From the NCBI GenBank assembly GCA_963813535.1, contig CAWEZH010000003.1, forward strand, positions 800,001-864,000: a DNA stretch of 64,000 bases, in the 5' to 3' direction. This DNA comes from an uncultured Chloroflexia bacterium (GTDB lineage Bacteria; Chloroflexota; Limnocylindria; Limnocylindrales; CSP1-4). The notes under the pieces are model-generated. The model was not told where the DNA came from. It made no database searches and saw only the letters and a list, made by a program, of their open reading frames with translations. Shown here in pieces: positions 31,224 through 43,159 of this stretch. The translations under genes were made by a program, and so were the position numbers. Each line of letters begins with the position of its first letter. Position 1 is the first letter of the stretch.

Positions 31224-32552
31224 TCACGCGGCCGGCAGCCCCGGTACCGGGAACCGTGCGACGATCTCCGCGACCTCGCCGGCGAGCCGGCGCTGGACGG
31301 CCTCGTCCTCGCGCGAGCGGATGGCCTCGATGATGATCCGGCCGACGCTGCGCATCTCGTCCTCGCCGAACCCACGGGACGTGGTGGCCGGCGTGCCCAG
31401 CCGGATGCCGGATGCCGTGTTGGGCGGCAGCGGATCGAACGGGATGCCGTTCTTGTTCACCGTGATGCCGATCTCGTCGAGGAGATGCTCGGCCTCCTTG
31501 CCGGTCACGCCGAGGGGCGTCACGTCCACGAGCATCAGGTGGTTGTCGGTGCCGCCCGAGACGACCCGGGCTCCCTCGCCGGCGAGTGTCTCGGCCAGCA
31601 CGGCGGCGTTCCGGATGGTCCGGCGCTGGTCCTCGCGGAACGGTTCCTCGGCAGCCAGCTTGAAGGCGACGGCCTTGCCGGCGATCACCTGCATGAGGGG
31701 ACCGCCCTGGACACCCGGGAACACGGTCTTATCGATGGCCGCCCCCAGCGATCCCTTGAGCGCCGGGAAATCGGTCGCGTCGACGCTGTCCGGAAGCTCG
31801 GTCCGGGCGAAGATCATCCCGCCGCGCGGCCCCCGGAGCGTCTTGTGGGTGGTCGTCGTGACGATGTCTGCGTGGGGGAACGGGCTCGGGTGGACGCCCG
31901 CAGCGACCAGCCCGGCGATGTGGGCCATGTCGACGAACAGGAGTGCCCCGACGCCGTGCGCGATGGCCGCCATCCGCTCGAAATCCCAGAGCCGCGGGTA
32001 GGCGCTGGCCCCACCGACGATCAACTTCGGGCGCACCTCGCGTGCCTGCGACTCCATCGCGTCGTAGTCGATCCGCTCGGTGTCCTGGCGAACGCCGTAG
32101 GCGTGGACCTCGTAGAGCTTGCCGCTGAAGTTGAGCTTCATGCCGTGGGTGAGGTGGCCGCCGTGGGCGAGGTTCATCCCGAGGATCCGGTCACCCGGCT
32201 CGAGGACGCTGAAATAGGCCGCCATGTTGGCCTGGGCACCGGAGTGCGGTTGGACGTTGACGTGCTCCGACCCGGGGTATAGCGAGATGGCGCGCTCCTG
32301 GGCGAGGACTTCGGCGACGTCGACGAATTCGCATCCGCCGTAGTAGCGCTTACCGGGCAGGCCCTCGGCGTATTTGTTGGTGAGCCAGCTGCCCTGGGCT
32401 TCCATCACGGCAGCCGAGACGTAGTTCTCGCTGGCGATCAGCTCGATGTTCTCGTGCTGGCGACGTCGTTCCCCTTGCATCGCCGCCCAGAGGTCGGGGT
32501 CGATCTCGGCGATGGACTCGAGCGCCAGGCCGCGCGGCTGGGAGATGGTCAT
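31224..32552 (-). CDS. glyA: Serine hydroxymethyltransferase
   Basis: [26 protein letters not shown]. Confidence 0.97.
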   Translation of the reverse strand: MTISQPRGLALESIAEIDPDLWAAMQGERRRQHENIELIASENYVSAAVMEAQGSWLTNKYAEGLPGKRYYGGCEFVDVAEVLAQERAISLYPGSEHVNVQPHSGAQANMAAYFSVLEPGDRILGMNLAHGGHLTHGMKLNFSGKLYEVHAYGVRQDTERIDYDAMESQAREVRPKLIVGGASAYPRLWDFERMAAIAHGVGALLFVDMAHIAGLVAAGVHPSPFPHADIVTTTTHKTLRGPRGGMIFARTELPDSVDATDFPALKGSLGAAIDKTVFPGVQGGPLMQVIAGKAVAFKLAAEEPFREDQRRTIRNAAVLAETLAGEGARVVSGGTDNHLMLVDVTPLGVTGKEAEHLLDEIGITVNKNGIPFDPLPPNTASGIRLGTPATTSRGFGEDEMRSVGRIIIEAIRSREDEAVQRRLAGEVAEIVARFPVPGLPAA

Positions 32553-32624
32553 CGCGTGGCGGCTCCTTCCTGGACGGTATCTTCCCACGAACGACATCCC
32601 ACACGACCGAGGTTCGCGGAGCCG

Positions 32625-33749
32625 ATGGCCCTCATGACGATCGACCCACCCGTCCTGTCATCCGAACAGCTCGACCGGGTCGACACGCCCGCGTTGATGG
32701 TCGACCTCGACCGGATGGACGCGGCGATCGCCCTGATGGCGTCCTCGATGGCGGATCGCGGTGTGGCGCTGCGGCCCCATGCCAAGACGCACAAGAGCAT
32801 CGAGGTCGGACGGCGGCAGGTCGAGGGGGGCGCGAGCGGCCTGACGGTCGGCACGATCGGCGAGGCGGAGGTCTTCGCCGATGCCGGACTCGACGACCTG
32901 TTCATCGCCTACCCGCTGGTCGCCGCCGGGCCGAAGGCCGAGCGGCTCCGCGGATTGGCGGCGCGCTCGAGGCTCCGCGTCGGCATCGACTCGGCTCTGG
33001 GAGCTCGCGCGGTCGCCGAGGCGCTAGGCGAGGATCGGGGCGGCGTATCGCTCCTCATCGAGATCGACTCCGGCGGCCGACGGAGCGGCGTGGCGCCGGA
33101 GGACGCGGGCGACGTGGCACGCGCCGCGGTCGACCTCGGCCTCGACGTGATCGGCGTGTTCACGCACGGTGGGCATGGCTATGCCGGACCCGACGCGCGC
33201 GACGCGGCTGCCGAGGACGAGGTCCGGACGCTGGCCGTGGCTGCCGGCGGACTCCGCTCGGTCGGGGTCGAGGCCAGCGTCGTCAGCGCGGGATCGACGC
33301 CGACCGCGCTCGGCTCGGCGCGCGGCGGCGTGACCGAGGAGCGCCCGGGGACGTACGTGTTCGGTGACCGTCAGCAGGTCGCCCTTGGCTCCATCGCCCC
33401 GGATGCCGTGGCGGCGGTCGTCGTCGCACGGGTCGTCAGCGCCGACCGAGCGGGGCGACGATTCGTGATCGACGCCGGCGCGAAGACCCTGAGCAAGGAT
33501 GTCCCGGCCTACATCCCCGGACATGGGGAGATCCCCGAGCTCCACGGCGCGGTCGTCGAGCGGGTCTCCGACTACCACGGGGTGGTCGACGTGGCGGACG
33601 GGGCACCGATGCCGGAGGTCGGCCGGGTCGTGATCGTCGTCCCGAACCACATCTGCCCCGTGGTGAACCTGTTCGACACGTTCCTCACGACGCGAGGCGG
33701 TGAGGTCGTCGACACGTGGCGGGTCGACGCTCGGGGCCGGAACGGCTGA
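32625..33749 (+). CDS. PLP-dependent D-threonine aldolase / D-serine dehydratase (DSD1) family
   Basis: [29 protein letters not shown]. Confidence 0.88.
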   Translation: MALMTIDPPVLSSEQLDRVDTPALMVDLDRMDAAIALMASSMADRGVALRPHAKTHKSIEVGRRQVEGGASGLTVGTIGEAEVFADAGLDDLFIAYPLVAAGPKAERLRGLAARSRLRVGIDSALGARAVAEALGEDRGGVSLLIEIDSGGRRSGVAPEDAGDVARAAVDLGLDVIGVFTHGGHGYAGPDARDAAAEDEVRTLAVAAGGLRSVGVEASVVSAGSTPTALGSARGGVTEERPGTYVFGDRQQVALGSIAPDAVAAVVVARVVSADRAGRRFVIDAGAKTLSKDVPAYIPGHGEIPELHGAVVERVSDYHGVVDVADGAPMPEVGRVVIVVPNHICPVVNLFDTFLTTRGGEVVDTWRVDARGRNG

Positions 33750-33750
33750 G

Positions 33751-34416
33751 TCAGGCTCCTCGCTCGCCGGCACGAAGCTCGTGCTCCACGCCGGCACGGT
33801 CGAGGACGGCCGCGACGTCGACGATCGGGATCGCGCCGACCCGCAGGACGCTGGGCACCCGGCCCGTACAGTCGACGACGGTGGACGCCGGGCCCCCATG
33901 GGCCGGGCCACCGTCGAGCACGAGATCGATCACCTCGCCGAGCTGCTCGACGATCGCGGCTGCGTCGGCGGCTTCCGGCAGCCCCGACACGTTGGCGGAT
34001 GTCGTCGGGAGAGGGCCCACCTCGCGGGCCAGGGCGCGTGGCGCGTCGTGGTCCGGGACGCGCAGCCCGATCGTGGCCGCACCGCCGGTCAGCACGGCCG
34101 GCCACTGGACGTCGGGTCGCTGCGGGACGACGACGGTCAGGCCGCCGGGCCAGCACGCGCTCGCCAGCGCCGAGGCCGCGGGAGTCATGACGCCCGCGCT
34201 CGCGGCCTGGGCGGCGTCGTCGAGTAGCAGCATGATCCCCTTGTCGGGCGGGCGACGCTTGGCGGCGAACAGGCGCTCGATCCCGCCAGGCGTCGAGACG
34301 GCGACGGCGATCCCGTAGACCGTGTCGGTCGGCAGTGCGACGATCCCGCCGGCACGCAACATCTCGACCGCCGCGGCTCGACCGGCGGTGTCGTCGGGGA
34401 CGACCCGGGCGCTCAC
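33751..34416 (-). CDS. tsaC: Threonylcarbamoyl-AMP synthase (TsaC/Sua5)
   Basis: PTDTVYG, KRRP, WPG.LT, TSANVSG, STVVD. Confidence 0.92.
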   Translation of the reverse strand: MSARVVPDDTAGRAAAVEMLRAGGIVALPTDTVYGIAVAVSTPGGIERLFAAKRRPPDKGIMLLLDDAAQAASAGVMTPAASALASACWPGGLTVVVPQRPDVQWPAVLTGGAATIGLRVPDHDAPRALAREVGPLPTTSANVSGLPEAADAAAIVEQLGEVIDLVLDGGPAHGGPASTVVDCTGRVPSVLRVGAIPIVDVAAVLDRAGVEHELRAGERGA

Positions 34417-35357
34417 GAGCGCGCCTCGATCGCCGCATCCTCCAGCCGCCGCGCGTTCGCCTGCACAGCGGATGGCGACGCAAGGACGAGGTCCTCGATC
34501 ATCCGGGCGGCCCCGTCATCCTCGAGTGGTTCGGCGACATACCGTGCCGCAGCCCTGACCTCCGCGGGCGCGCTGGGCATGGCCGTCCCGTGGCCGACCT
34601 CGACCAGCATCTCGAGATCATTCCACTGGTCGCCGATCGCGAGCGTCGCGGCGAGCGGGATGCGCAGGCGGCGCGCCAGGAAGCGGATGGCCCGGCCCTT
34701 CGAGACGCCCGGCGCCACGAACTCGAGGAAGCGCGGATGCGAGATCGTGACATCGGCCCGCCCAGCGAACTCGGCACGGGCAAGGGGCGCCACGTCGGTC
34801 GGTATGGGTGGCTCCCCGACAGCCAGGATCTTCGTCACCGGATGGGTGATCGCCTCCAGCAGGTCGGGGACGAGCTCGGCGCGTGCGCCCATGAATGACG
34901 AGTAGTCGTCGGCCTTCGGGTCGTCGGCACGCAGGATGAACCGCTCGAGGTGGTTGACATGCGGGTCCAGGCCGCGGGCTCGCGTCCATTCCAGGATGCC
35001 GCGGGCGGCCTCGGCGGGGAGCGGCGTGTGGAGCAACAGCTTGCCGAGGCGTCGCGAGTCGGGCAGCGGCATCGCCCGGATCAGCCCGCCCTGGTACCCG
35101 ACGATCGGGCCGGTGAGGCCGAGGTCCCGCGCGAAGCGCATCGCCGACGAGACCATGCGACCCGTCACGAGGGATACGGCCACGTCCATCGCCATCGCGC
35201 GGCGGACAGCCGCGATGGTCCGGTCGGCGATCTCGTGATCGTCGCCGATGATCGTGCCGTCGATATCGAGGGCGATGAGGCGGATCGGGAGCTCCGGTTC
35301 CGGCGTGACCGGCAGGTTGGCGGGCATCAACGGCGTGCCGACGGTCGCGAGCGTCAC
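34413..35357 (-). CDS. Cof-type HAD-IIB hydrolase
   Basis: DIDGT, VTGR, SKG, GDQWND. Confidence 0.9.
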   Translation of the reverse strand: MTLATVGTPLMPANLPVTPEPELPIRLIALDIDGTIIGDDHEIADRTIAAVRRAMAMDVAVSLVTGRMVSSAMRFARDLGLTGPIVGYQGGLIRAMPLPDSRRLGKLLLHTPLPAEAARGILEWTRARGLDPHVNHLERFILRADDPKADDYSSFMGARAELVPDLLEAITHPVTKILAVGEPPIPTDVAPLARAEFAGRADVTISHPRFLEFVAPGVSKGRAIRFLARRLRIPLAATLAIGDQWNDLEMLVEVGHGTAMPSAPAEVRAAARYVAEPLEDDGAARMIEDLVLASPSAVQANARRLEDAAIEARS

Positions 35358-36265
35358 GCCCGAGCCCGACGCATGCGCAGGACCCGCGGCAGTCCCGCCA
35401 GGTCGCGGATCATCTCGCCCGTCCAGTCCGACGACCGCTCCACGCTGAGCGCAAGGGCGGCCTCGCCCTGGTCGCCGCCGATCTCGAGGAGCGCCGTGCC
35501 ATCGGCGGCAAGGCCCCACGGCAACTGCTCGAGCAGCCGCCCGATGACCTGCAGGCCATCCGATCCCCCGTCGAGCGCCAGCCGCGGCTCGAAGTTCGTG
35601 CTGACGGGCCGGTCCGCGAGCGCGTCGAGCTCGGCGGTCCGCACGTATGGCAGGTTCGCGAGCAGGATGTCGTACGGCTGTGACCGCGCAGTGGGCGGGA
35701 GGAGGTCGCTCGCCTCGAAGCGCAGGCGGTCACCGACCCCGTGGGCGACCGCGTTCTCCCGGGCCAGGTCAAGCGCCTCGGGCGACACGTCCACGGCGCT
35801 GATCTCGACGTCGTCGGGCGGCACGCGCCGTTTGCGAAGGGCGACGGCCAGTGCCACGGCGATGGCTCCGCTCCCGGTCCCGACGTCGACCACGCGCAGC
35901 GGCCCCACTCGATCGAGGCCCGACGTGAGCGCGGCCATGATCGTGTCGATCGCGGTGTCGACGAGGAGCTCGGTCTCCGGGCGAGGTATCAGCGCTCGTG
36001 CGTCGACCGTCAGGGCGATGCCGTGGAACTCCTTCATCCCGCGCAGGTACGCGACCGGTTCGCCGAGCTCCCGCCGCGCGATGAGCGCGTGATAGGTCGC
36101 CTCCGCATCGATCCCGACCGGCGCGTCGCCGTGGGCGATCACGGCGGTCCGATCGACCCCGATGGCGAACGCCAGCAGCAGCTCGGCATCGAGGCGCGGC
36201 GTCTCGGATCCTGCCGCGCGAAGGCGCTCCGTGCCGGCCTCCACGAGCGCGCGGGTCGCGGTCAT
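35354..36265 (-). CDS. prmC: Release factor glutamine methyltransferase
   Basis: LIPRPETE, DVGTGSG, NLPY, EPRLALDGG. Confidence 0.95.
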   Translation of the reverse strand: MTATRALVEAGTERLRAAGSETPRLDAELLLAFAIGVDRTAVIAHGDAPVGIDAEATYHALIARRELGEPVAYLRGMKEFHGIALTVDARALIPRPETELLVDTAIDTIMAALTSGLDRVGPLRVVDVGTGSGAIAVALAVALRKRRVPPDDVEISAVDVSPEALDLARENAVAHGVGDRLRFEASDLLPPTARSQPYDILLANLPYVRTAELDALADRPVSTNFEPRLALDGGSDGLQVIGRLLEQLPWGLAADGTALLEIGGDQGEAALALSVERSSDWTGEMIRDLAGLPRVLRMRRARA

Positions 36266-36275
36266 CGCGGCCGCG

Positions 36276-38574
36276 TCAGAGTCGGATGGTGACGGCGACG
36301 TCGCCGGCCTTGCGCAGGACCTCGGCGCTGGTCGTGCCCCGCCACCGGTGGAAGAGCAGGTCGACCGACGAATCGCCGATGCGCAGGTCGGTGAGGGTCA
36401 CCTTGCCGAGCCAATCCGGCAGGTGAGGGTGCAGGAGCTCGAGCTCCTGACGGTTGGCGTGGGCTCGCAGTCCGAGCATCGTCTCGAGGAACAGGAACGA
36501 CGAACCGGCCGCCCATGCCTGCGGCGAGCAGGCCACTGGGTAGGGCACCGGCGTGTGCGCGTCCGTGCGGTCGAAGCCGCAGAACAGCTCCGGGAGGCGG
36601 AAGTCCTGGAATCCCTGGGCCGCTTCCATCATCTGTCCGACGAGGCGGTTCGATGCGTCGTCGAAGCCGTACCGCTTGAAGCCGGCTGCGATCAGCGACG
36701 TGTCATGCGGCCAGACGGTGCCGGTGTGATAGCCGATCGGGTTGTAGCCGGGCTGATCGGCCGCGAAGGTCCGCACGCCCCAGCCCGAGAACATCGAGGG
36801 CCGCAGGATCTGGTCGACCACGTCGCGCGCGCGATCCGGCAGGACGATGCCGGACCACAGGCAATGCCCGGCGTTGCTGGCGATCGCGTCGGCCTGCCGC
36901 TTGTCGCCATCGAGCGCCATCGCGTAGTAGCGCCGATCGTCCATCCAGAAGGCCTGCTCGAATCGCGTGGCGAGCTGGTCGGCCTCGGCGTCGAGCCGGA
37001 TGGCCAGATCCGTGTCGCCGCGGATCGCGGCAAGCCTCGACATGCGCCGCTTCGCGTCGTAGACGTAGCCCTGGACCTCGGCGAGGGCGATGGGCGGCAC
37101 GGCTTCGCGCCCGTTCCGATCGCGGATCGCATCGCTCGAGTCCTTCCAGCCTTGGTTGAGCAACCCGCGATCCGAGCGACGCTCGTATTCGACGAAGCCA
37201 TCGCCATCGCGGTCGCCGTACCGATCGATCCACTCGAGGGCGGCCATCGCATTCGGCCACAGCCGATCGACCGTCGCCATGTCGCCGGTCCAGTCGAACG
37301 TCGCCCCGAACAGGATCAGCCAGAGCGGGGTCGAGTCGACCGAGCCGTAGTAGGGCGTATGGGGCAGCTCACCGGAGCGTGCCATCTCACCGGTCCGCAG
37401 CTCGTGCAGGATCTTGCCTGGCTCCGCGTCACGTGATGGGTCCTCGACGGTCGCCTGATAGGCGGCCAGCACGTCCAGGATCTCGACGGCGATCTGCGGT
37501 CGGAAGGCGAGCGCCTGGAACGCGGAGATCAGTGAGTCGCGTCCGAACAGGGTCGTGAACCACGGCACGCCGGCCGACACGTATCGCTGATCGGGTCCCG
37601 GCCCCTCGTTGACGAGCAGGCGCAGGTCCGACACCGAGCGCTTGACGACGAGATTGAACAGCTCGTGATCGCTGAGGACCGAGGTCGTCCCCCGTTCCCA
37701 GGCGTGGTACGCGGCGGCGCCCTCGTCGGCGGACACGCGGGGGACGTCGGGGAAGAGCGCCGCGTGGTCGGCCGGACGATCCGTCCCGTCGCCCTCATGC
37801 CCGGCCGATGGCGGGCGCGGGCCGGTCCGTGCACCAGGTCGTCCAGCTGAGCACCTTCGTCTCGCCGGGTCCCAGGCTCAAGGTCCACTTCAGCCGCACC
37901 GCAGCCCCGGAGTCGGATCCGTCGGGGCGTGGCTGGTCGACCGCCTCGGCGACCTCGACCGGCTCCGAGAAGGCGAGGTGGGTCAAGCGCTCGATCCCAT
38001 CGAGCCCGACGTAGCGGAAGGTCACCCGATCGTCGGTCACCGCCACGGGCAGCTGATATCCGCGCTCAGCGCGCGGGTACCCGCGGACCTCGAAGATGTC
38101 CGCGCCGTCGGCGCCGAGCTCGAGGTCGACCGGGACATCGGACGTCCGCGCCGCGTGGTTGACGACCTTGACCCGCTCCGACACGCCGTCGCCGCCGATC
38201 AGCCGCTCTCGGCTGATCCCGATCGTCCGGCCGACAAGCTCGTCGAGCGGATGCACCTTGGCGTCGGGGTTCCGATCCGCGGAGGGATTCGTCATCTGGA
38301 TCCCGCCCCGGTAGTTCGAGCCGACCGACGTCTGCAGCAGGACCGGCCGGATGCCGCCGATGCGCAGCACGGAGCAGGCGAGCATGCGCGTGTCGCCGTA
38401 GTACAGGCCCAGCCCGCGCGAATCGGGGTGGATGTCACCGAACGAGTCGGTCAGCAGGAAACGGTTCCCGTGCTTGAGGACCTGCACGGAGCCCAGGTCG
38501 GTGGCCTTCACGATCGGGACGGCGCGTGCGGGCAGGTAGCGAACGCGCGCGGTCTCAAGCTGCGTCATCGGCAC
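36276..38574 (-). pseudogene. Amylo-alpha-1,6-glucosidase (glycogen debranching family) split by a frameshift near 37797-37875; could be a sequence error
   Basis: N-domain ORF 37795-38574 (LKHG, GLY..DTR, DIFEVRG) and catalytic ORF 36276-37736 (AGVPWF..LFGRD, WKDS, YH.G.VWPHD, LPELF) lie in different frames. Confidence 0.75.
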
Positions 38575-39655
38575 CCATCAGGTTCGAGAGTCGGTCGGCC
38601 TGGTCGGCCATGTTCAGCGCGTCGATCAGCTCGTCGAGGTCGCCGGCCATCACGCCGGGCAGGTTGTGGACGGTCTTGCTGATGCGGTGATCGGTGACGC
38701 GGTCCTGCGGGAAGTTGTAGGTCCGCACCTTGTCGCTGCGGTCACCTGAACCGACCATCGATCGCCGGGTGGCCGAGTCGGCGGCACGCTGCTTCTGGAT
38801 CTCGAGATCGAGCAGCCGAGAACGCAGGACCGACATGGCCTTGGCCTTGTTCTTGTGCTGGCTCTTCTCGTCCTGGATCTCGACGACCAGGCCGGACGGC
38901 AGGTGCGTGATCCGCACGGCGGAGTCGGTCGTGTTCACCGACTGACCACCCGGCCCGGACGAGCGCTTGACCTCGATCCGCAGGTCCTTGTCCTCGTCGA
39001 TGTCGACCTCGACCTCGTCAGCCTCGGGCATCACGATCACCGTGGCGGTCGACGTGTGGATCCGGCCGCTCGATTCCGTCGCCGGGATGCGCTGCACGCG
39101 GTGGACGCCACCCTCGAACTTCAGCCGGCTATACGCACCGTCGCCGCGGATCTGGACGATCGCTTCCTTGATCCCATCGATGCCGGTCTCGTGGAGGCTC
39201 AGCACTTCGGTCGCGTACTTGTGGCGGCCTGCGTAGCGCAGGTACATCCGGAGGACCTCCGCCGCGAACAGGGCAGCCTCATCGCCGCCGGCCCCGGCAC
39301 GGACCTCGAGGATGACGTCGCGCTCGTCGTTCGGGTCGCGCGGCAGCAGGAGCACTCGGAGCTCCTCCAGGAGCCGGCTCTCCTCCGATTCGAGGCGCCC
39401 GATCTCGTCGCGCGCCATCGTCCGCATGTCCTCGTCACCGTCGCCGGCGTCGCGAACCTCACGCGCCCCGGCTAGCTCGTCGCGGAGGCCCTGCAGCGTG
39501 CGGAAGGCCGCGACCGTCGGCTCGAGCCGGGCGAGCTCCCGGCCGAGCCTGCGGAGCTCGTTCGGATCGGCGGTCACCTCCGGTCGCGCGAGCTCGGCAT
39601 TGAGGTCGTCGTACTGCGCGGCGACCTCGACCAGCTTGGCGTCGAGATCGCTCAT
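38555..39655 (-). CDS. prfA: Peptide chain release factor 1
   Basis: PAT recognition loop, [15 protein letters not shown]. Confidence 0.97.
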   Translation of the reverse strand: MSDLDAKLVEVAAQYDDLNAELARPEVTADPNELRRLGRELARLEPTVAAFRTLQGLRDELAGAREVRDAGDGDEDMRTMARDEIGRLESEESRLLEELRVLLLPRDPNDERDVILEVRAGAGGDEAALFAAEVLRMYLRYAGRHKYATEVLSLHETGIDGIKEAIVQIRGDGAYSRLKFEGGVHRVQRIPATESSGRIHTSTATVIVMPEADEVEVDIDEDKDLRIEVKRSSGPGGQSVNTTDSAVRITHLPSGLVVEIQDEKSQHKNKAKAMSVLRSRLLDLEIQKQRAADSATRRSMVGSGDRSDKVRTYNFPQDRVTDHRISKTVHNLPGVMAGDLDELIDALNMADQADRLSNLMGADDAA

Positions 39656-40695
39656 GAGACCGCGGGCGGCTCGTCGGTCGTGGCCACCGCCACCGGTTCG
39701 CTCGCGTCCTTGGGCGTATCGCCCGACGGCAGCACGAGCGGGTCGCGCTCGAAGAGCGTCGAGCCGACGGGGATCGGGTTGCCGTCCGCGGTGAGCGCTT
39801 CCTGCATCGACGAGATCGCCACCTCGATCATGTCGTCGGTCGGTCGCTTCGTGGTGATCATCTGGACGAGGATCCCGGGGAACATGATCGCGCGGACGAC
39901 GCGGTTGTGACGGAACTTCGCCCCGAGCTTGAGGACTTCGTAGCCGACGGCGGCTAGCACCGGGATGCCGACGAGCCGGCTCAGGATCATGACGAGCGGC
40001 TCCTGCTTGCCGATCAGCGAGAACGCGAAGATCGACAGCAGCACGAGGATCACGAGGAACTCCGTCCCGCAGCGATGGTGGGCCGTCGGGTACTTGCGGA
40101 CCGCGTCGACGGTGAGCGGGTCGCCCGCCTCGAGCGCGTGGATCGTCATGTGCTCGGCGCCGTGGTACTGGAACACCCGGTGGATGTCCGGCGCGCGCGA
40201 GACGAGCGTCAGGTAGGCCAGGAACAGCGCGACCTGGATCACGCCCTCCAGCGCCGGCTGCGCCCAGCCCTGGCTCAACCCGGACGTCGCCACGCTCGAC
40301 ACGAACAGCGGCAACAGGCTGAAGGCCGCGATGGCCACGCCGAAGGTGATGAGCAGCGTGATCGCGATCGTGCCCTTGCCGAGCTCGACGTCGTCCTCTT
40401 CCGCCTGGACGTTGGCGCTGCGGACGAGCCATCGCGTGCCGATGACCAGCGTCTCGTACAGGACGACGAGGCCGCGCACGAAGGGCCACCTCCCCACCCG
40501 CGAGGTGTGGATCTTTGAGTCGAGGTGCTCGGTGGCGGTGACGATGCGGCCGTCCGGATGGCGCAGGGCGACCGCGATCGCGTTGCGACCGCGCATGAGG
40601 ACGCCCTCCATGAGGGCCTGTCCTCCGTAGGCGAAGGTGGGTCGGTCGCCGCGACGGCCGTCGTCCGCCGCCAGCGGCGCCGGGTTTGCTGACAT
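39652..40695 (-). CDS. DUF1385 membrane protein
   Basis: [23 protein letters not shown]. Confidence 0.9.
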   Translation of the reverse strand: MSANPAPLAADDGRRGDRPTFAYGGQALMEGVLMRGRNAIAVALRHPDGRIVTATEHLDSKIHTSRVGRWPFVRGLVVLYETLVIGTRWLVRSANVQAEEDDVELGKGTIAITLLITFGVAIAAFSLLPLFVSSVATSGLSQGWAQPALEGVIQVALFLAYLTLVSRAPDIHRVFQYHGAEHMTIHALEAGDPLTVDAVRKYPTAHHRCGTEFLVILVLLSIFAFSLIGKQEPLVMILSRLVGIPVLAAVGYEVLKLGAKFRHNRVVRAIMFPGILVQMITTKRPTDDMIEVAISSMQEALTADGNPIPVGSTLFERDPLVLPSGDTPKDASEPVAVATTDEPPAVS

Positions 40696-40817
40696 CAGGG
40701 CAAGTCTACCGGCCACGGATCGCGACCGGCTTTCGCACGAGGGTACCGGTCGTGGGATCCGAACGGCCGGTCCGAAACACCCCGTCGAGCGTGGTCGCGA
40801 CCGAGTGGCCGGCGCGG

Positions 40818-41030
40818 CTAGCTCCGGGCCTGGCGCTCCAGGCGCTTCTGGAAGCGCTCGACCTGGCCGGCCGTGTCGATGATGTTCTGGGTGCCCGTGA
40901 AGAACGGGTGACAGTTGCTGCACACGTCGACGCGCAACTCTTCTCGAGTCGACCCGACCGTCCATTCACGGCCGCACGAGCCGCAGTGGACCTTCGCTTC
41001 GAAATACTTGGGGTGGATATCCGGCTTCAC
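40818..41030 (-). CDS. rpmE: 50S ribosomal protein L31 (Zn-binding type)
   Basis: KPDIHPKY, CGSC, CSNCHPFFTG; GGAGGAG RBS. Confidence 0.95.
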   Translation of the reverse strand: MKPDIHPKYFEAKVHCGSCGREWTVGSTREELRVDVCSNCHPFFTGTQNIIDTAGQVERFQKRLERQARS

Positions 41031-41116
41031 GGTGTCTCTCCTCCGACGTCTTCCGCGCCGGGCCATCGCCCAGCCGGTGATCGCCGGCTACGTCCGGTGC
41101 CGCCTCGTGAACGAGG

Positions 41117-41392
41117 CTAGGCGGTCGTCGGGGCGGTCTCAGCCGCCTCGACCCGGATGCGCTTCTTGCTCTTGGTGGTGTGCTCGAACTTGACCGTCCC
41201 ATCGACGGTCGCGAACACGGTGTAGTCCCTGCCCAGGCCGGTGCCAGAGCCCGACGCGAACGTCATGCCGCGCTGGCGCACGATGATCGAGCCCGCCGTG
41301 ACGGTCTGGCCGTCGCCGGCCTTCACGCCCAGGCGCTGGCCGACGCTGTCGCGGCCGTTCTTGACGCTGCCGCCTGCCTTCTTGTGAGCCAT
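41117..41392 (-). CDS. rpmA: 50S ribosomal protein L27
   Basis: [15 protein letters not shown]. Confidence 0.97.
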   Translation of the reverse strand: MAHKKAGGSVKNGRDSVGQRLGVKAGDGQTVTAGSIIVRQRGMTFASGSGTGLGRDYTVFATVDGTVKFEHTTKSKKRIRVEAAETAPTTA

Positions 41393-41395
41393 GGC

Positions 41396-42091
41396 CTACT
41401 CGTCCTTCTTCGTCGCACGCGGCTTCGTCGCGCGCTTCCTGGGTGCGGGCTTGTCGGTCGCCGTGCCCGCCTCGTCGGCGGCCTTCGCGCCGGACGCCTT
41501 GGCCCGGGTCGTGGTCTTCTTCGTGGTGGATGGCTTCGCGTCGGCCGTGGCTTCGGCCTTCGCCGGAGTCTTCGATGTCGTCTCGGCCTTGGTCGCGGTC
41601 TTCTTCGTCTCTGACTTCTTGGTCTCGGTCTTCGCGGTGGACGCCTTCGTCGAGGCCGCGAGCTTCGCGGCAAGCTCGGCGTCCTTGGCCGCCTGTGCAG
41701 CGGCGGCCTCCTCGAGCCGCTGCCGCTCGGTCTTGGTATCGGATTCGGCCTTCGCAGCCGACTTCGCGGCGCTCTTGCCGTCGAGCGTGATGTCCGAGAT
41801 GCGCAGCACGGTCAGGTCCTGACGATGGCCCTTCTTCACCCGCCGTCGCGTCTTCGGACCGTACTTGAACGAGATGAGCTTCTCCCCACGGCCCTGCCGG
41901 ACGACCTCGGCGCTGACGGCCGCGCCATCGACGACCGGTCGGCCGATCGAGGCGTCATCACCGTCGGCGATCAACAGGACGCGGCCGACCGTGATGGTCT
42001 TGCCGGGCTCAGCGTCGAGCAGCTCGACTTCGAGTTCGGTGCCGACCTCCACGCGGTATTGCTTTCCGCCGGTCTCGATGACTGCGTACAT
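41396..42091 (-). CDS. rplU: 50S ribosomal protein L21 with long basic C-terminal extension
   Basis: MYAVIETGGKQY...GHRQ. Confidence 0.95.
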   Translation of the reverse strand: MYAVIETGGKQYRVEVGTELEVELLDAEPGKTITVGRVLLIADGDDASIGRPVVDGAAVSAEVVRQGRGEKLISFKYGPKTRRRVKKGHRQDLTVLRISDITLDGKSAAKSAAKAESDTKTERQRLEEAAAAQAAKDAELAAKLAASTKASTAKTETKKSETKKTATKAETTSKTPAKAEATADAKPSTTKKTTTRAKASGAKAADEAGTATDKPAPRKRATKPRATKKDE

Positions 42092-42189
42092 GGATCCTCT
42101 GGACTTCTTGACGACGGCGGGCGACGCGCGTAGCGATCGGGCTGTCGGACATGGGGTGACGCCGGGCAGGACCCTGGCGCGGACGATGG

Positions 42190-42219
42190 AGTGTACGGCC
42201 GAACCGGGAACTTGGTCAA
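42190..42219 (-). promoter_or_regulatory. Promoter of rplU-rpmA-rpmE
   Basis: TTGACC-18 bp-TACACT on the minus strand. Confidence 0.6.
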
Positions 42220-42277
42220 TCGGGGCCCATGCGGGCGGCCGGGTTCGCGGATCATCGCCTGATGTAGCTTTCGCGGG

Positions 42278-43138
42278 ATGAACCGGGACGTCGACGGGCT
42301 GCGACCGCCCGTGCGGCGGGAGCGCCTCACGGCCGTGGGCTTGGTGATCGCCGCGGCGGTGTCACCGCAGATCGGTGCGGCGTTCGCCGTGACGCTGTTC
42401 GACGAGCTGGGTCCGGCGGGTGCGGCGTTCCTGCGGCTGGCGTTCGCGGCGGTCGTGCTGTGGGCGGTCTGGCGCCCCCGGCTGACCGGCGACCTGCGGC
42501 TCGCCGGGGCGTTCGGCGTCTCGCTCGGGCTGATGAACTGGTCGTTCTACGAGGCGATCGACCGGATCCCGCTCGGCGTCGCCGTGACCATCGAGTTCGC
42601 CGGCCCGCTGCTCGTGGCCGTGATCGGCTCGCGGCGGCCCCTCGACGTCGTGTGGGTCGCGCTCGCCGCGATCGGCATCGTGGTGCTCGTCGATCCCGGC
42701 AGCGGATCGGTGGACCCGGTCGGTATCGCCTTCGCGCTCGCCGCCGGCGCGTGCTGGATGGCCTACATCTACCTGAACAAGCGCACCGGCGCGGCGTTCC
42801 CGGGCGGCTCGGGGCTGGCGATCGCGATGGCCGTCGGCGCGCTGGTCGTGCTACCGGCCGGCGTGATCCAGGCGGACGGTGCGCTCCTCGAGCCCGGACT
42901 GCTCGGCTCGGCGTTCGTCGTGGCGCTCCTGTCCTCGGTGCTGCCGTACTCGCTCGATCTGGAGGCGCTGCGGCGGCTCCCGGAGGCGGTGTTCGGCGTG
43001 CTGATGTCGCTCGACCCGGCGGTGGCCGCGCTGGTCGGCTTCGTGGTGCTCGGCCAGGCCCTCGGTGCACGCGAGGTGGTCGGGATCGCGATGGTGGTCG
43101 TGGCGAGCGCCGGAGCGGCCAGCCTCAGTCACCGATGA
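42278..43138 (+). CDS. EamA/RhtA-like DMT exporter
   Basis: GAAFA..LF, RIPLGVAVTIEF.GP, LPYSL. Confidence 0.9.
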   Translation: MNRDVDGLRPPVRRERLTAVGLVIAAAVSPQIGAAFAVTLFDELGPAGAAFLRLAFAAVVLWAVWRPRLTGDLRLAGAFGVSLGLMNWSFYEAIDRIPLGVAVTIEFAGPLLVAVIGSRRPLDVVWVALAAIGIVVLVDPGSGSVDPVGIAFALAAGACWMAYIYLNKRTGAAFPGGSGLAIAMAVGALVVLPAGVIQADGALLEPGLLGSAFVVALLSSVLPYSLDLEALRRLPEAVFGVLMSLDPAVAALVGFVVLGQALGAREVVGIAMVVVASAGAASLSHR

Positions 43139-43159
43139 CGGTCTTGGCCGGCGCGCTGA

